Source of the DNA: an uncultured Bacillota bacterium
GTDB taxonomy: Bacteria; Bacillota_I; Bacilli_A; RFN20; CAG-288
Reading direction: 5' to 3'
DNA: 64,000 bases
Assembly: GCA_949290645.1 (NCBI GenBank)
Contig: CASESG010000001.1
Location: 5,104 to 69,103 of the forward strand
The notes below the pieces were generated by a model. The model was given only the letters and a program-made list of their open reading frames with translations. It was not told the DNA's origin and ran no database searches. Both the position numbers and the translations under genes were made by a program. Below, one piece after another: positions 7,060-14,745 of this stretch. Every line of letters starts with the position of its first letter. Within the stretch, counting starts at the first letter, position 1.

Positions 7060-8448
7060 ATGGAAATTCAGGTCTCCGTGAAGGACAAGGACACCCTTGT
7101 CTTGCAAACGGATGCACATGTCGGGGACATCATCTGCCTCAACAAGATCAGCAATGTCGATCTGTCGGCCATCCAGGACCTTTTGTCCAGGGAGATGGAG
7201 AGAGAAGTCCAGAAGAAGATCCAGGAAGCTCTTTCCCGCCAGCAGAGGGAACTGGAGGCGACACATGCTGCGGAACTCCAGAAGAGTCTCGCCGGACGGG
7301 ACGAACAGTGGAGAGTGAAGAACCAGGAATTGGAGAAGAGCCTTTCGGAAGTCCGACATCAGAAGGACATGGCGCTCAAGGAAAAGGAGGCCGAACTTCA
7401 ATCTCTACATGAAATTCAAAAGACGGCTCTTGAAAACAAGGAATTGGAAGTTCGCCAATCCCTTCAGAAAGAACTCAACGATCAGAAACTTTTGAATCAG
7501 AATCTTAACCTGCAGCTGGAGAATCAGCAGAAGATTCACGAGCAGGAGAAAGAAAACATCCGAAAGATGACGGCCCTGGAAACGGAGAACCGGTTCAACA
7601 AGGAAAAGGAAGAGATGAAGGATTCCTTTGTCCGGGAAAGGGAGGAACTGGAGCGCCAGATTGCCCAGCTCCAGAACACCAAGGCCTCCCTCAACGTGAA
7701 AAGGATCGGGGAGAACCTCGAGCAATGGTGTTCCAACGAAGTTCTGTCCTATATGCAGAACGGCTTTTCCAACTGCCTTTGGAAGAAGGACAACGCTGTC
7801 GTCCAGGAGGAAAACGAGGCGCACGGAAGCAAGGCCGACTATCTTTTCTGGATCTATGCCTCGGAAGAGAAAAAGGAGGAGGAGCTTCTGGCCGGGATCT
7901 GCTTGGACATGAAAGACGAAAACCCGGATTCCACCAATCGGAAGACCAACAGCGACTATTTCCGACAGCTGGACCGGAATCGCACGAAAAAGCATTGCAA
8001 ATACGCCGTCCTGGTCTCTAACCTGGAACTCGATCGTCCCAACGACATCCCGATCTATCGTGTCCAGGAATATCCCGACATGTACGTCGTTCGCCCGGCC
8101 TATCTCATGACCTTCCTCAACATGATTGTCTCCTTGACGACGTATTTCTCGAAGATGATTCTCAAGGATCGGGACAAGACCAACAAGGAAATCGCCTTCG
8201 ACGAATACCACAGGAAATTCGAGGAACTGAAGAATACCTATCTCGACAAGCCCTTGGCCTCGCTGTCGAAGTCGATCGAGGAGCTGTACAAGCAGAACGA
8301 GGCCATCAGCAAGGCCAGCGACCGGATTTCCGAGACGCTGGACGGCATCAAGAGAAGCTATCTCCAACAGATTGAGGAGAAGCTCGCACGCCTCTCCGAA
8401 AAGCTCGGTGCGGAAGAGCGGAAGTATCTTCGCAAAATCGGACAATGA
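7060..8448 (+). CDS. DUF2130-like coiled-coil protein with a C-terminal nuclease-like core (462 aa)
   Basis: A long E/K/Q-rich coiled coil is followed by GENLEQWC...KADYLFWIY...GICLDMKDE...DRNRTKKHCKYAVLVSNLE...YPDMYVVRP. This matches my recollection of the conserved DUF2130 core. Confidence 0.6.
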   Translation: MEIQVSVKDKDTLVLQTDAHVGDIICLNKISNVDLSAIQDLLSREMEREVQKKIQEALSRQQRELEATHAAELQKSLAGRDEQWRVKNQELEKSLSEVRHQKDMALKEKEAELQSLHEIQKTALENKELEVRQSLQKELNDQKLLNQNLNLQLENQQKIHEQEKENIRKMTALETENRFNKEKEEMKDSFVREREELERQIAQLQNTKASLNVKRIGENLEQWCSNEVLSYMQNGFSNCLWKKDNAVVQEENEAHGSKADYLFWIYASEEKKEEELLAGICLDMKDENPDSTNRKTNSDYFRQLDRNRTKKHCKYAVLVSNLELDRPNDIPIYRVQEYPDMYVVRPAYLMTFLNMIVSLTTYFSKMILKDRDKTNKEIAFDEYHRKFEELKNTYLDKPLASLSKSIEELYKQNEAISKASDRISETLDGIKRSYLQQIEEKLARLSEKLGAEERKYLRKIGQ

Positions 8449-8540
8449 CAAGAAAAAAGCGGAATCGGATAGGAATCTTGCCTCGAAGCGGAGTATAATT
8501 TCATCGAAAATTGTAAAGATTTCCCCGGAGAAAGAAACGT

Positions 8541-10526
8541 ATGAAAAGCAAACTCCGATTCTTGGCGCCGTTCTTCGCCTTGGCCTTGACGGCCTGTGAG
8601 AACTTTCCTCGACCGAGCTTTCCCCTCTTGAGCAGCGGTTCCTCCGTGCAAAACTCCTCGGAGGACACCTCCCTTTCCTCGGACGATCCGACTTCTTCGA
8701 CGACCTCTTCCTCCACTTCTTCTTCGGCGTCTTCTTCCTCTTCTAACTCATCGTCTTCGACGTCCACGGGTCCGATACAGGAAGAGAAGGCGACGGTACG
8801 GGTCTCTTCGGACATCGTCGGGGGAGCGGTCGTGCTGGAAGGATACGGGACGGAAGCCGAGGTTCCTCTCGGCACGGAAATCCATCTCCTCGCGACACCG
8901 GAGGAAGGATATTCCCTGACGGAACTGACGGTCAATTCGGTTTCGGTCCTTTCGACTTTGTCTTTCGTCGCCGAGGAAAAGACGACGTACCTGGTCGAGG
9001 CAGAGTTCACCGAGGAAGTCGTCACCGTGACGGAGGGGGCCATTCGCTTTGCGGGCCTCGATCAAGACGGCAGCCTCAGCTTGGACGAGTCGAATCTTGT
9101 CCTGGAGAATGTCGACGTCGCTTCCGTCTCTTCTTCGGGACTCTTCCATGACAGCGAGAACGATTCTTCGAATTTCCGCATGGCCACGGGAAAGAATGCC
9201 GGCATGGTCACCTTCTGCTTCTCCGAGGAAATCACGATCGAGGAAGTCGTCCTCCATTACGAGCCTTATCATAACGACACGCCGGAGGTCACGGTCTCCA
9301 CGGACTCGCAATCCTTGGCCCAAGGAGAATCCTCAAGAACATACGACTTTGGTGGAGAACTTACGAGTCTACTGAAAATTCAATGTCCAAGTGGAAAACG
9401 AATCATTCTTTCTGGAATTGACATTTTTTTCAAGGAAATCGAGGTTGTCCCAGTCCCTGCGACGATTTCCATCACCAATGAAGGAAACGGAGATGTTTCG
9501 ATCAGCCCGAGCTCGGAGTGGATGGTCGGAGATACGATCACGGTCACGGCAACTCCAGAGGAGGGGAACTATCTCTCGCGGCTGACTTTGAACGGTGCGA
9601 ATGGAAAATCCCTTGGCAACAGCCGCTATTCATTCGTCATCAAGGACGTGTCCAACACGTTGTCGGCAATCTTCCGCGAGCGCGGCGCGATCTCGGAGGA
9701 TTATTCCTACCTCTATGCGAACGAGTCGATCTTCCCCGATCGCGGAAATCAGTCCGTCGACATCGACGAATACTACGAACCGATCCGCGGGCTTTCGGGC
9801 CTGGCCCTGAAGGAAGGCCTTCACGACATCATCGACGATCACGAGGAGTTTTCCTATGATTCCGCCAACGATTCGCTCCCGGTGATCGACACCGATCCCT
9901 TTGACAGCGGAAAAGTCCACCTGATCTATCAAAGCCAATTGAAGAACCGGGGCGTTTCCTTCAACAAGGAGCACACCTGGGCCAAGAGCCATGGCGACTT
10001 CGGCACGAGAAAGCCGATGGGGTCGGATCTCCACAACCTCCGAATGTGCCACAACAACCTCAACTCGACAAGGAGCCACCTGGATTTCGCTGAAGTGAGT
10101 CATTCCTCTTCCACCAGCGTCGTCGACAAATACGACTGGGCCCAATCCGATATGGAAGGGAACTATCGCGGGAGCAACTACTTTGAGCCGCAGGACGAAT
10201 GGAAGGGCGATGTCGCACGCATCATCTTCTACATGGCGACAAGGTATGACGGAGGCTCGGGCGAGGTCGATCTGGAGGTCTCGGGCGATATCGACACCAC
10301 GCGCTTCTACGACTTCTCTTCCGGAGCGGACGGACTTCACGGAAACTTCGCCGACCTCTATGAGTGGGCGACGTCCGGAATCGATCCCGTCGACGACTAC
10401 GAGGTCAGCCGCAACAACGTCTGCGACCAGGAATATCAGCACAATCGCAATCCCTTCATCGACCATCCGGAGTTCATCATCATGATCTATGACAAGAACT
10501 ACGATGGCCCGGGTGCCTTGATGTAA
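8541..10526 (+). CDS. Surface lipoprotein with a C-terminal endonuclease I / extracellular (ribo)nuclease domain
   Basis: Signal peptide plus lipobox FFALALTAC. Ser-rich linker SSTTSSSTSSSASSSSSNSSSST. C-terminal FNKEHTWAKSHGDFG...GSDLHNLRMCHNNLNSTRS resembles the Endonuclease_1/Bsn family. Confidence 0.75.
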   Translation: MKSKLRFLAPFFALALTACENFPRPSFPLLSSGSSVQNSSEDTSLSSDDPTSSTTSSSTSSSASSSSSNSSSSTSTGPIQEEKATVRVSSDIVGGAVVLEGYGTEAEVPLGTEIHLLATPEEGYSLTELTVNSVSVLSTLSFVAEEKTTYLVEAEFTEEVVTVTEGAIRFAGLDQDGSLSLDESNLVLENVDVASVSSSGLFHDSENDSSNFRMATGKNAGMVTFCFSEEITIEEVVLHYEPYHNDTPEVTVSTDSQSLAQGESSRTYDFGGELTSLLKIQCPSGKRIILSGIDIFFKEIEVVPVPATISITNEGNGDVSISPSSEWMVGDTITVTATPEEGNYLSRLTLNGANGKSLGNSRYSFVIKDVSNTLSAIFRERGAISEDYSYLYANESIFPDRGNQSVDIDEYYEPIRGLSGLALKEGLHDIIDDHEEFSYDSANDSLPVIDTDPFDSGKVHLIYQSQLKNRGVSFNKEHTWAKSHGDFGTRKPMGSDLHNLRMCHNNLNSTRSHLDFAEVSHSSSTSVVDKYDWAQSDMEGNYRGSNYFEPQDEWKGDVARIIFYMATRYDGGSGEVDLEVSGDIDTTRFYDFSSGADGLHGNFADLYEWATSGIDPVDDYEVSRNNVCDQEYQHNRNPFIDHPEFIIMIYDKNYDGPGALM

Positions 10527-10534
10527 GATACAGG

Positions 10535-10587
10535 AAAAGCCGTGCTTTCTCTCCCTTCGATGGGGAAGGAAAACACGGCTTTTTTTA
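10535..10587. terminator. Bidirectional intrinsic terminator between convergent genes
   Basis: AAAAGCCGTG (10535-10544) pairs with CACGGCTTTT (10574-10583), with flanking A and T runs. Confidence 0.6.
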
Positions 10588-11232
10588 CTTCACGGTACCG
10601 AAGATTCGATCTCCGGCATCTCCAAGGCCCGGGCAGATGTAGGCGTTTTCGTTGAGGCATCGATCCAGGGCTCCGACGTAGAGGGGAACCTCGGGATAGT
10701 GCTCGTGGAAGTTCTTGACGCCTTCCGGAGCGGCGATGATGCAGATGAAGGTGATGTTCTTGCAGCCCTTCTCCTTCAGGAGCTTGACGGCATCGCAGGC
10801 CGAGCCACCGGTCGCCAGCATCGGATCGAGGACATAGATCTCGCGGTCGGCGATGCTGTAGGGAAGCTTGCAGTAGTATTCGTGTGGCTCATGGGTGACT
10901 TCGTCGCGGTAGAGTCCGATGTGGCCGACTTTGGCGGAGGGAACCAGTTCCAGCATGCCCTCGACCATGCCAAGTCCCGCTCTCAGGATGGGGACGAAGC
11001 AGAGCTTCTTTCCGGAGATCTTGGGCTCCTTGGCGTTTTCGATCGGGGTCTCGACATCGACCAGCTCGGTCTTGAGATGGCGCAGGGCTTCATAGCCTTC
11101 CAGGACGGCGACTTCCTTGACCAGACGGCGGAACTCGTTTGTTCCGGTCTTCTTGTCGCGCAAGATCGTGATCTTGTGCTGCAAGAGCGGGTGGTCGAGA
11201 TAGATGACGTTCTTCATCTTCTTTTCTTCCAT
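10585..11232 (-). CDS. upp: Uracil phosphoribosyltransferase
   Basis: [23 protein letters not shown]...[10 protein letters not shown]...[12 protein letters not shown] is the typical Upp pattern. Start chosen at ATG 11232 (MEEKK), preceded by AAAGGAG. Confidence 0.9.
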   Translation of the reverse strand: MEEKKMKNVIYLDHPLLQHKITILRDKKTGTNEFRRLVKEVAVLEGYEALRHLKTELVDVETPIENAKEPKISGKKLCFVPILRAGLGMVEGMLELVPSAKVGHIGLYRDEVTHEPHEYYCKLPYSIADREIYVLDPMLATGGSACDAVKLLKEKGCKNITFICIIAAPEGVKNFHEHYPEVPLYVGALDRCLNENAYICPGLGDAGDRIFGTVK

Positions 11233-11464
11233 AAAAGAGTCTCCTTTCTTCAAGGGGTTCCTTCTTTCCTTTTGCCCAACCCTCATTCATTGTAATGCTT
11301 TTCTTCGCCAGAAGAAAGGACGCTTTCTTTCTGGGGAAGAAGGAGTGTTTCTTGAAGCACAGAGGATTTCCTTGTTTGACGGATGCGAAATTTCGTGCAA
11401 GAAGAAGGCCTTTGTTTGCTTGCAGAGGAAGAAAACTTTATAATCATTCCAGTCACGAAACAAC

Positions 11465-12727
11465 ATGGTCATTACTCTTGTCATTGACACTTTCGGTGCA
11501 ACCAACAACGGCACGACGGTCACCTGCATGCGGACGGCTTCCTTTCTCAAGAAGTATGGGCATGAGGTTCGAATCATCGCCTATGTTCCCGAGGAACACG
11601 ACGATCTTTCCGACTATCGGATTTTGAGTGTTCCGAGAATCCACATCCCGATTTTCGATAAGCTTATCCTGGACAACGGAATGGTCTTGGCCAAAGGCAA
11701 TCTGAAGGAGATTGCCGAGTTCATCCAGGGTTCGGATGTCGTCCATCTTCTTCTTCCTTTCCATCTGGAGAGCCAGGTTCGGAAAGTGGCCAAGGTGATG
11801 CAGATTCCGGTGACGTCTGCTTTTCACTGCCAGCCCGAGAATGTCTCTTATAACATCCACATGGGACATGTGAAACCCGTCTCTTCCCTGATCTATGCCC
11901 TGTTCCGCCGCTGGTGCTATCGCTATACCCGTCATGTCCACACGCCCAGTGAGATGATGGCCGACCAGATGCGCCTTCATCACTACAAGAACATCATCCA
12001 TCCGATCTCCAACGGAATCTCTCCGATCTTCCGGCCTCTTCCTGTCGAGAAGGAAGAGCGGTTCAAGGACAAGTTCGTCATCCTCATGGTCGGAAGGTTC
12101 TCCGGAGAGAAGAGACAGGACCTGCTCTTCAAGGCAATCGGCCACAGCAAGTACAACGACAAGATCCAGCTTGTCCTCTGCGGTCAGGGACCGCTAAGGA
12201 AGAAGTACGAGAAGCTCTCCAAGAAGTATCTGAAGAACCCCTGCTTCTTCGAATTCCACAGGCAGAAAGAGCTTCTGAAGCTGATCAACCAGTGCGATCT
12301 CTATGTCCATGCCTCTGATGCCGAGAGCGAAGCCATCTCCTGCATCGAAGCCTTTGCCTGCGGCATCGTCCCGGTCATCTCGGATTCCCCGATTTCGGCC
12401 ACCAATTCCTTCTCCTTGGACGACCGCTGTCTCTTCAAGGCCGGGAAATACCGCTCCCTGCAAGAGAGGATCGAATACTTCTATGAGCATCCCGAAGAGA
12501 AGAGGAAACTCTCCGAGAAATATGTCGAATACGGCAAGGGCTTTGCCTTGGACAAATGCGTCCATCTTCTGGAAGAGATGTTCGAGCAAGCCATCCTGGA
12601 CGACAAGGAAGACCGGAAGCTCCACCGTTCTTATTTCACGAACGCCAGCGAGCGAAGGAAGCTCAGGAAAGTCGCCAAGGAAATCGGAATCGAGAATCCC
12701 GACATCTACAAGGAAAGCGTCCGCTGA
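11465..12727 (+). CDS. GT4-family glycosyltransferase (diacylglycerol glucosyltransferase-like)
   Basis: N-terminal VIDTFGATNNGTTV and an E-x7-E region ASDAESEAISCIEAFACG, typical of GT4 lipid/sugar transferases. Confidence 0.7.
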   Translation: MVITLVIDTFGATNNGTTVTCMRTASFLKKYGHEVRIIAYVPEEHDDLSDYRILSVPRIHIPIFDKLILDNGMVLAKGNLKEIAEFIQGSDVVHLLLPFHLESQVRKVAKVMQIPVTSAFHCQPENVSYNIHMGHVKPVSSLIYALFRRWCYRYTRHVHTPSEMMADQMRLHHYKNIIHPISNGISPIFRPLPVEKEERFKDKFVILMVGRFSGEKRQDLLFKAIGHSKYNDKIQLVLCGQGPLRKKYEKLSKKYLKNPCFFEFHRQKELLKLINQCDLYVHASDAESEAISCIEAFACGIVPVISDSPISATNSFSLDDRCLFKAGKYRSLQERIEYFYEHPEEKRKLSEKYVEYGKGFALDKCVHLLEEMFEQAILDDKEDRKLHRSYFTNASERRKLRKVAKEIGIENPDIYKESVR

Positions 12728-13359
12728 CTTTTCTCTCTTGAGAGCTCGAGGCTTTTTCTGACCTTTTCCAGGACGAAGAAATCCGACAAGGTATCGTTCA
12801 AGACGAGGCTGACCCACGTCCTCTTGTTCATGTGATAAGCCGGCAGAACCCCGAGTGTCATGAAGGGGTCGATGTCGTCATTCCGGACATTCAGGAGGTC
12901 GATTCTCTCCTCTTCCCTGTGGATTTTTCTTCCTTCGATCTCGACGAGCAAGGCGAACCATTTCTTGCTTTCGTTTCTCAAGACGGCGAACTCGGGATAC
13001 TTCTCAAAGATGTGGGCAAAAGGAGAGCCCAATTCCTTTTCCAATATCGTATAAATCCGATTTGTTTGTTCAGAAGCATAACGATAGATTGCACATTTCG
13101 AAAGGATGTCTTTGAGCAACATCTCTTTTTCTTCCTTGAGAGGTGTCAGAAACTCTCCCGCTTGATCCAGGTTCACCAGCGGATATGGATCTCCGCTCGT
13201 CTTGTCGATCAAATGGAAGGAGAGGATGTTGTCCTGGACTCGGATCTGGGCCTGGAAAACACCTTTTCTGAAGTCCTTCTCCAAGAGAAAACCAGCCTTG
13301 CCCGGACGAAAGCCATAGTTGAGAAGAAGCTCTTTTGGAAAGACGTAGTTTCCTTTCAT
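12706..13359 (-). CDS. MmcQ/YjbR-family protein
   Basis: The C-terminal KKWFALLVEIEGR...LPAYHMNKRTWVSLVLNDTLSD resembles the YjbR/MmcQ fold signature. Confidence 0.55.
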   Translation of the reverse strand: MKGNYVFPKELLLNYGFRPGKAGFLLEKDFRKGVFQAQIRVQDNILSFHLIDKTSGDPYPLVNLDQAGEFLTPLKEEKEMLLKDILSKCAIYRYASEQTNRIYTILEKELGSPFAHIFEKYPEFAVLRNESKKWFALLVEIEGRKIHREEERIDLLNVRNDDIDPFMTLGVLPAYHMNKRTWVSLVLNDTLSDFFVLEKVRKSLELSREKSQRTLSL

Positions 13360-14744
13360 CTTCCCATCCTCGCTTTCATCGCGGAAAGGATTTCGTCGAC
13401 GTGCTTCTTGAGCTCTCTCTTTCCGAAATCGGTGTGGAGGATGAAGTCGAGCTGATGCCGGTTCTTGTCATAGGAATTGATCTTGTTGAAGGAGAGTCTC
13501 TCCTCGATGTCCTTCTCCTTCCTCTCCTTCAGGTGCTCGACTTGTCTTGTCGTCTCCACTCCGACGAGGAAGGTGAAGAGGTCTTCGAAATGGGCATCGA
13601 AGAGCAGAGGGACTTCCACCGCCTTGTCTTTGCCATCGTTGTCGTTGAGGAAAGACTCGACTCTTCTTCTCAGCTTGGGATAGAGGAAACGGTTGTAGCG
13701 AAGGCGGAAGGAAGGGTCTTCGGTCAAAAGCCGGCTCAGCTCTTTCTTGTCCAGTTTCGGAAGGAAGAGACGAGGGAATTTCTTTTTGGCTTCCTTGAGA
13801 AACTCCTCCTCGCCGTAGATCTTCCGGACTTCCTCGTCTAGGGAGAGAACCAAGAGTCCCCTCTCCTTCAGGTAATGGCAGACAAGGCTTTTTCCGGAGC
13901 CGATCTTTCCGGTCACGGCGACGGAGAAACCGGTCTTCTGGCAGGCCGGGCAGAAGTGTGTTCCTCGTCCCTTGAAGACTCTCTTCTGGATGGTGTTTTT
14001 CTGACATCTCAGGCATTTCTTTCCCTCTCGTCCATAGACTTTCAGGAAGGACTGCATCTCCCCATGGGTCGTGGGACTGGCCTTGTAGGTCCGGATGGTC
14101 GATCCGTTGTTTGCGATGGCTAAGCTGAGAATCCTTTTTGCCTCCTCGACGATTCTTTCGCATTGCCTCAATGTGATCTTGGAGGCCAAGTGGAAGGGAG
14201 AAATCTCGCTAGCGAAGAGGATCTCGTCGGCATAGATGTTTCCGATTCCGGAGATGATGTGCTGATCGAGGAGACATTCCTTGATGGATTTTCGACCGGT
14301 CGAGAGCTTGTCCTTCAATTCCTGGCCCTTGATCTCGAACGGTTCCCTCCCGAGCTTGGAAAGAGGGCCTTCCTCCTTCTCGGAGAGATAATGACAGGTT
14401 CCGAATTTCCGGACGTCATAGAAGGCAAGGCCCTTGTCGGAGGAACAAAAGGGGAGGAAGAGGGAGAGATGAGCGAGACTGTGCCTTTCCTTGTCGACGA
14501 CGAAAAGCTTTCCCTCCATCCGCAGGTGGAAGACAAGTTTCTTCTCGTCGCTGAGATGAACCAGGAGGAATTTTCCTCGTCGGCTCAGGGAGAGGATTCT
14601 TTTTCCCGGAATCTCCTTGAGGAAGGAAGAAAGAGGGGTCTGGAGAAGACGTTTGACAAAGAGGGTCGGCGTGTCGAGGACTTGTCCGACGATCTCCGGC
14701 TCCAGAGTCCTTTTCACGGTCTCGACTTCGGGCAGTTCCGGCAT
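13356..14744 (-). CDS. mutM: Fusion protein: formamidopyrimidine-DNA glycosylase (Fpg/MutM) plus dephospho-CoA kinase (CoaE)
   Basis: MPELPEVETV N-terminus (start chosen at 14744), zinc finger CLRCQ...FCPACQ, then immediately VAVTGKIGSGKS (the CoaE P-loop) in the same frame. Confidence 0.85.
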   Translation of the reverse strand: MPELPEVETVKRTLEPEIVGQVLDTPTLFVKRLLQTPLSSFLKEIPGKRILSLSRRGKFLLVHLSDEKKLVFHLRMEGKLFVVDKERHSLAHLSLFLPFCSSDKGLAFYDVRKFGTCHYLSEKEEGPLSKLGREPFEIKGQELKDKLSTGRKSIKECLLDQHIISGIGNIYADEILFASEISPFHLASKITLRQCERIVEEAKRILSLAIANNGSTIRTYKASPTTHGEMQSFLKVYGREGKKCLRCQKNTIQKRVFKGRGTHFCPACQKTGFSVAVTGKIGSGKSLVCHYLKERGLLVLSLDEEVRKIYGEEEFLKEAKKKFPRLFLPKLDKKELSRLLTEDPSFRLRYNRFLYPKLRRRVESFLNDNDGKDKAVEVPLLFDAHFEDLFTFLVGVETTRQVEHLKERKEKDIEERLSFNKINSYDKNRHQLDFILHTDFGKRELKKHVDEILSAMKARMGR

Positions 14745-14745
14745 C

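Noticed and set aside
3964-7401. Long minus-strand ORFs (3964..5172, 402 aa; 5329..7401, 690 aa) opposite the ParB-like and PLD-SNF2 genes
   Set aside because: Their translations are low-complexity (rich in L, R, G, E, D), lack recognisable motifs and lack RBS or start context. The + strand ORFs carry clear PLD and helicase motifs. These are antisense shadow ORFs caused by codon-position bias.
1084-8448. Assigning the island to DISARM, BREX, Dnd/Ssp or Dpd
   Set aside because: Hallmark genes are absent: no DUF1998/DrmB, no PglZ/BrxC, no DndACDE or SspABCD, no TGT-like DpdA. Only individual domains (C5 methyltransferase, PLD, SNF2, ParB-like) are shared. This was judged by eye and needs HMM confirmation.
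175-8448. Prophage or ICE interpretation because of the integrase
   Set aside because: There are no capsid, terminase, replication, relaxase or T4SS genes and no flanking direct repeats. The recombinase is better explained by the adjacent inverted-repeat cassette.
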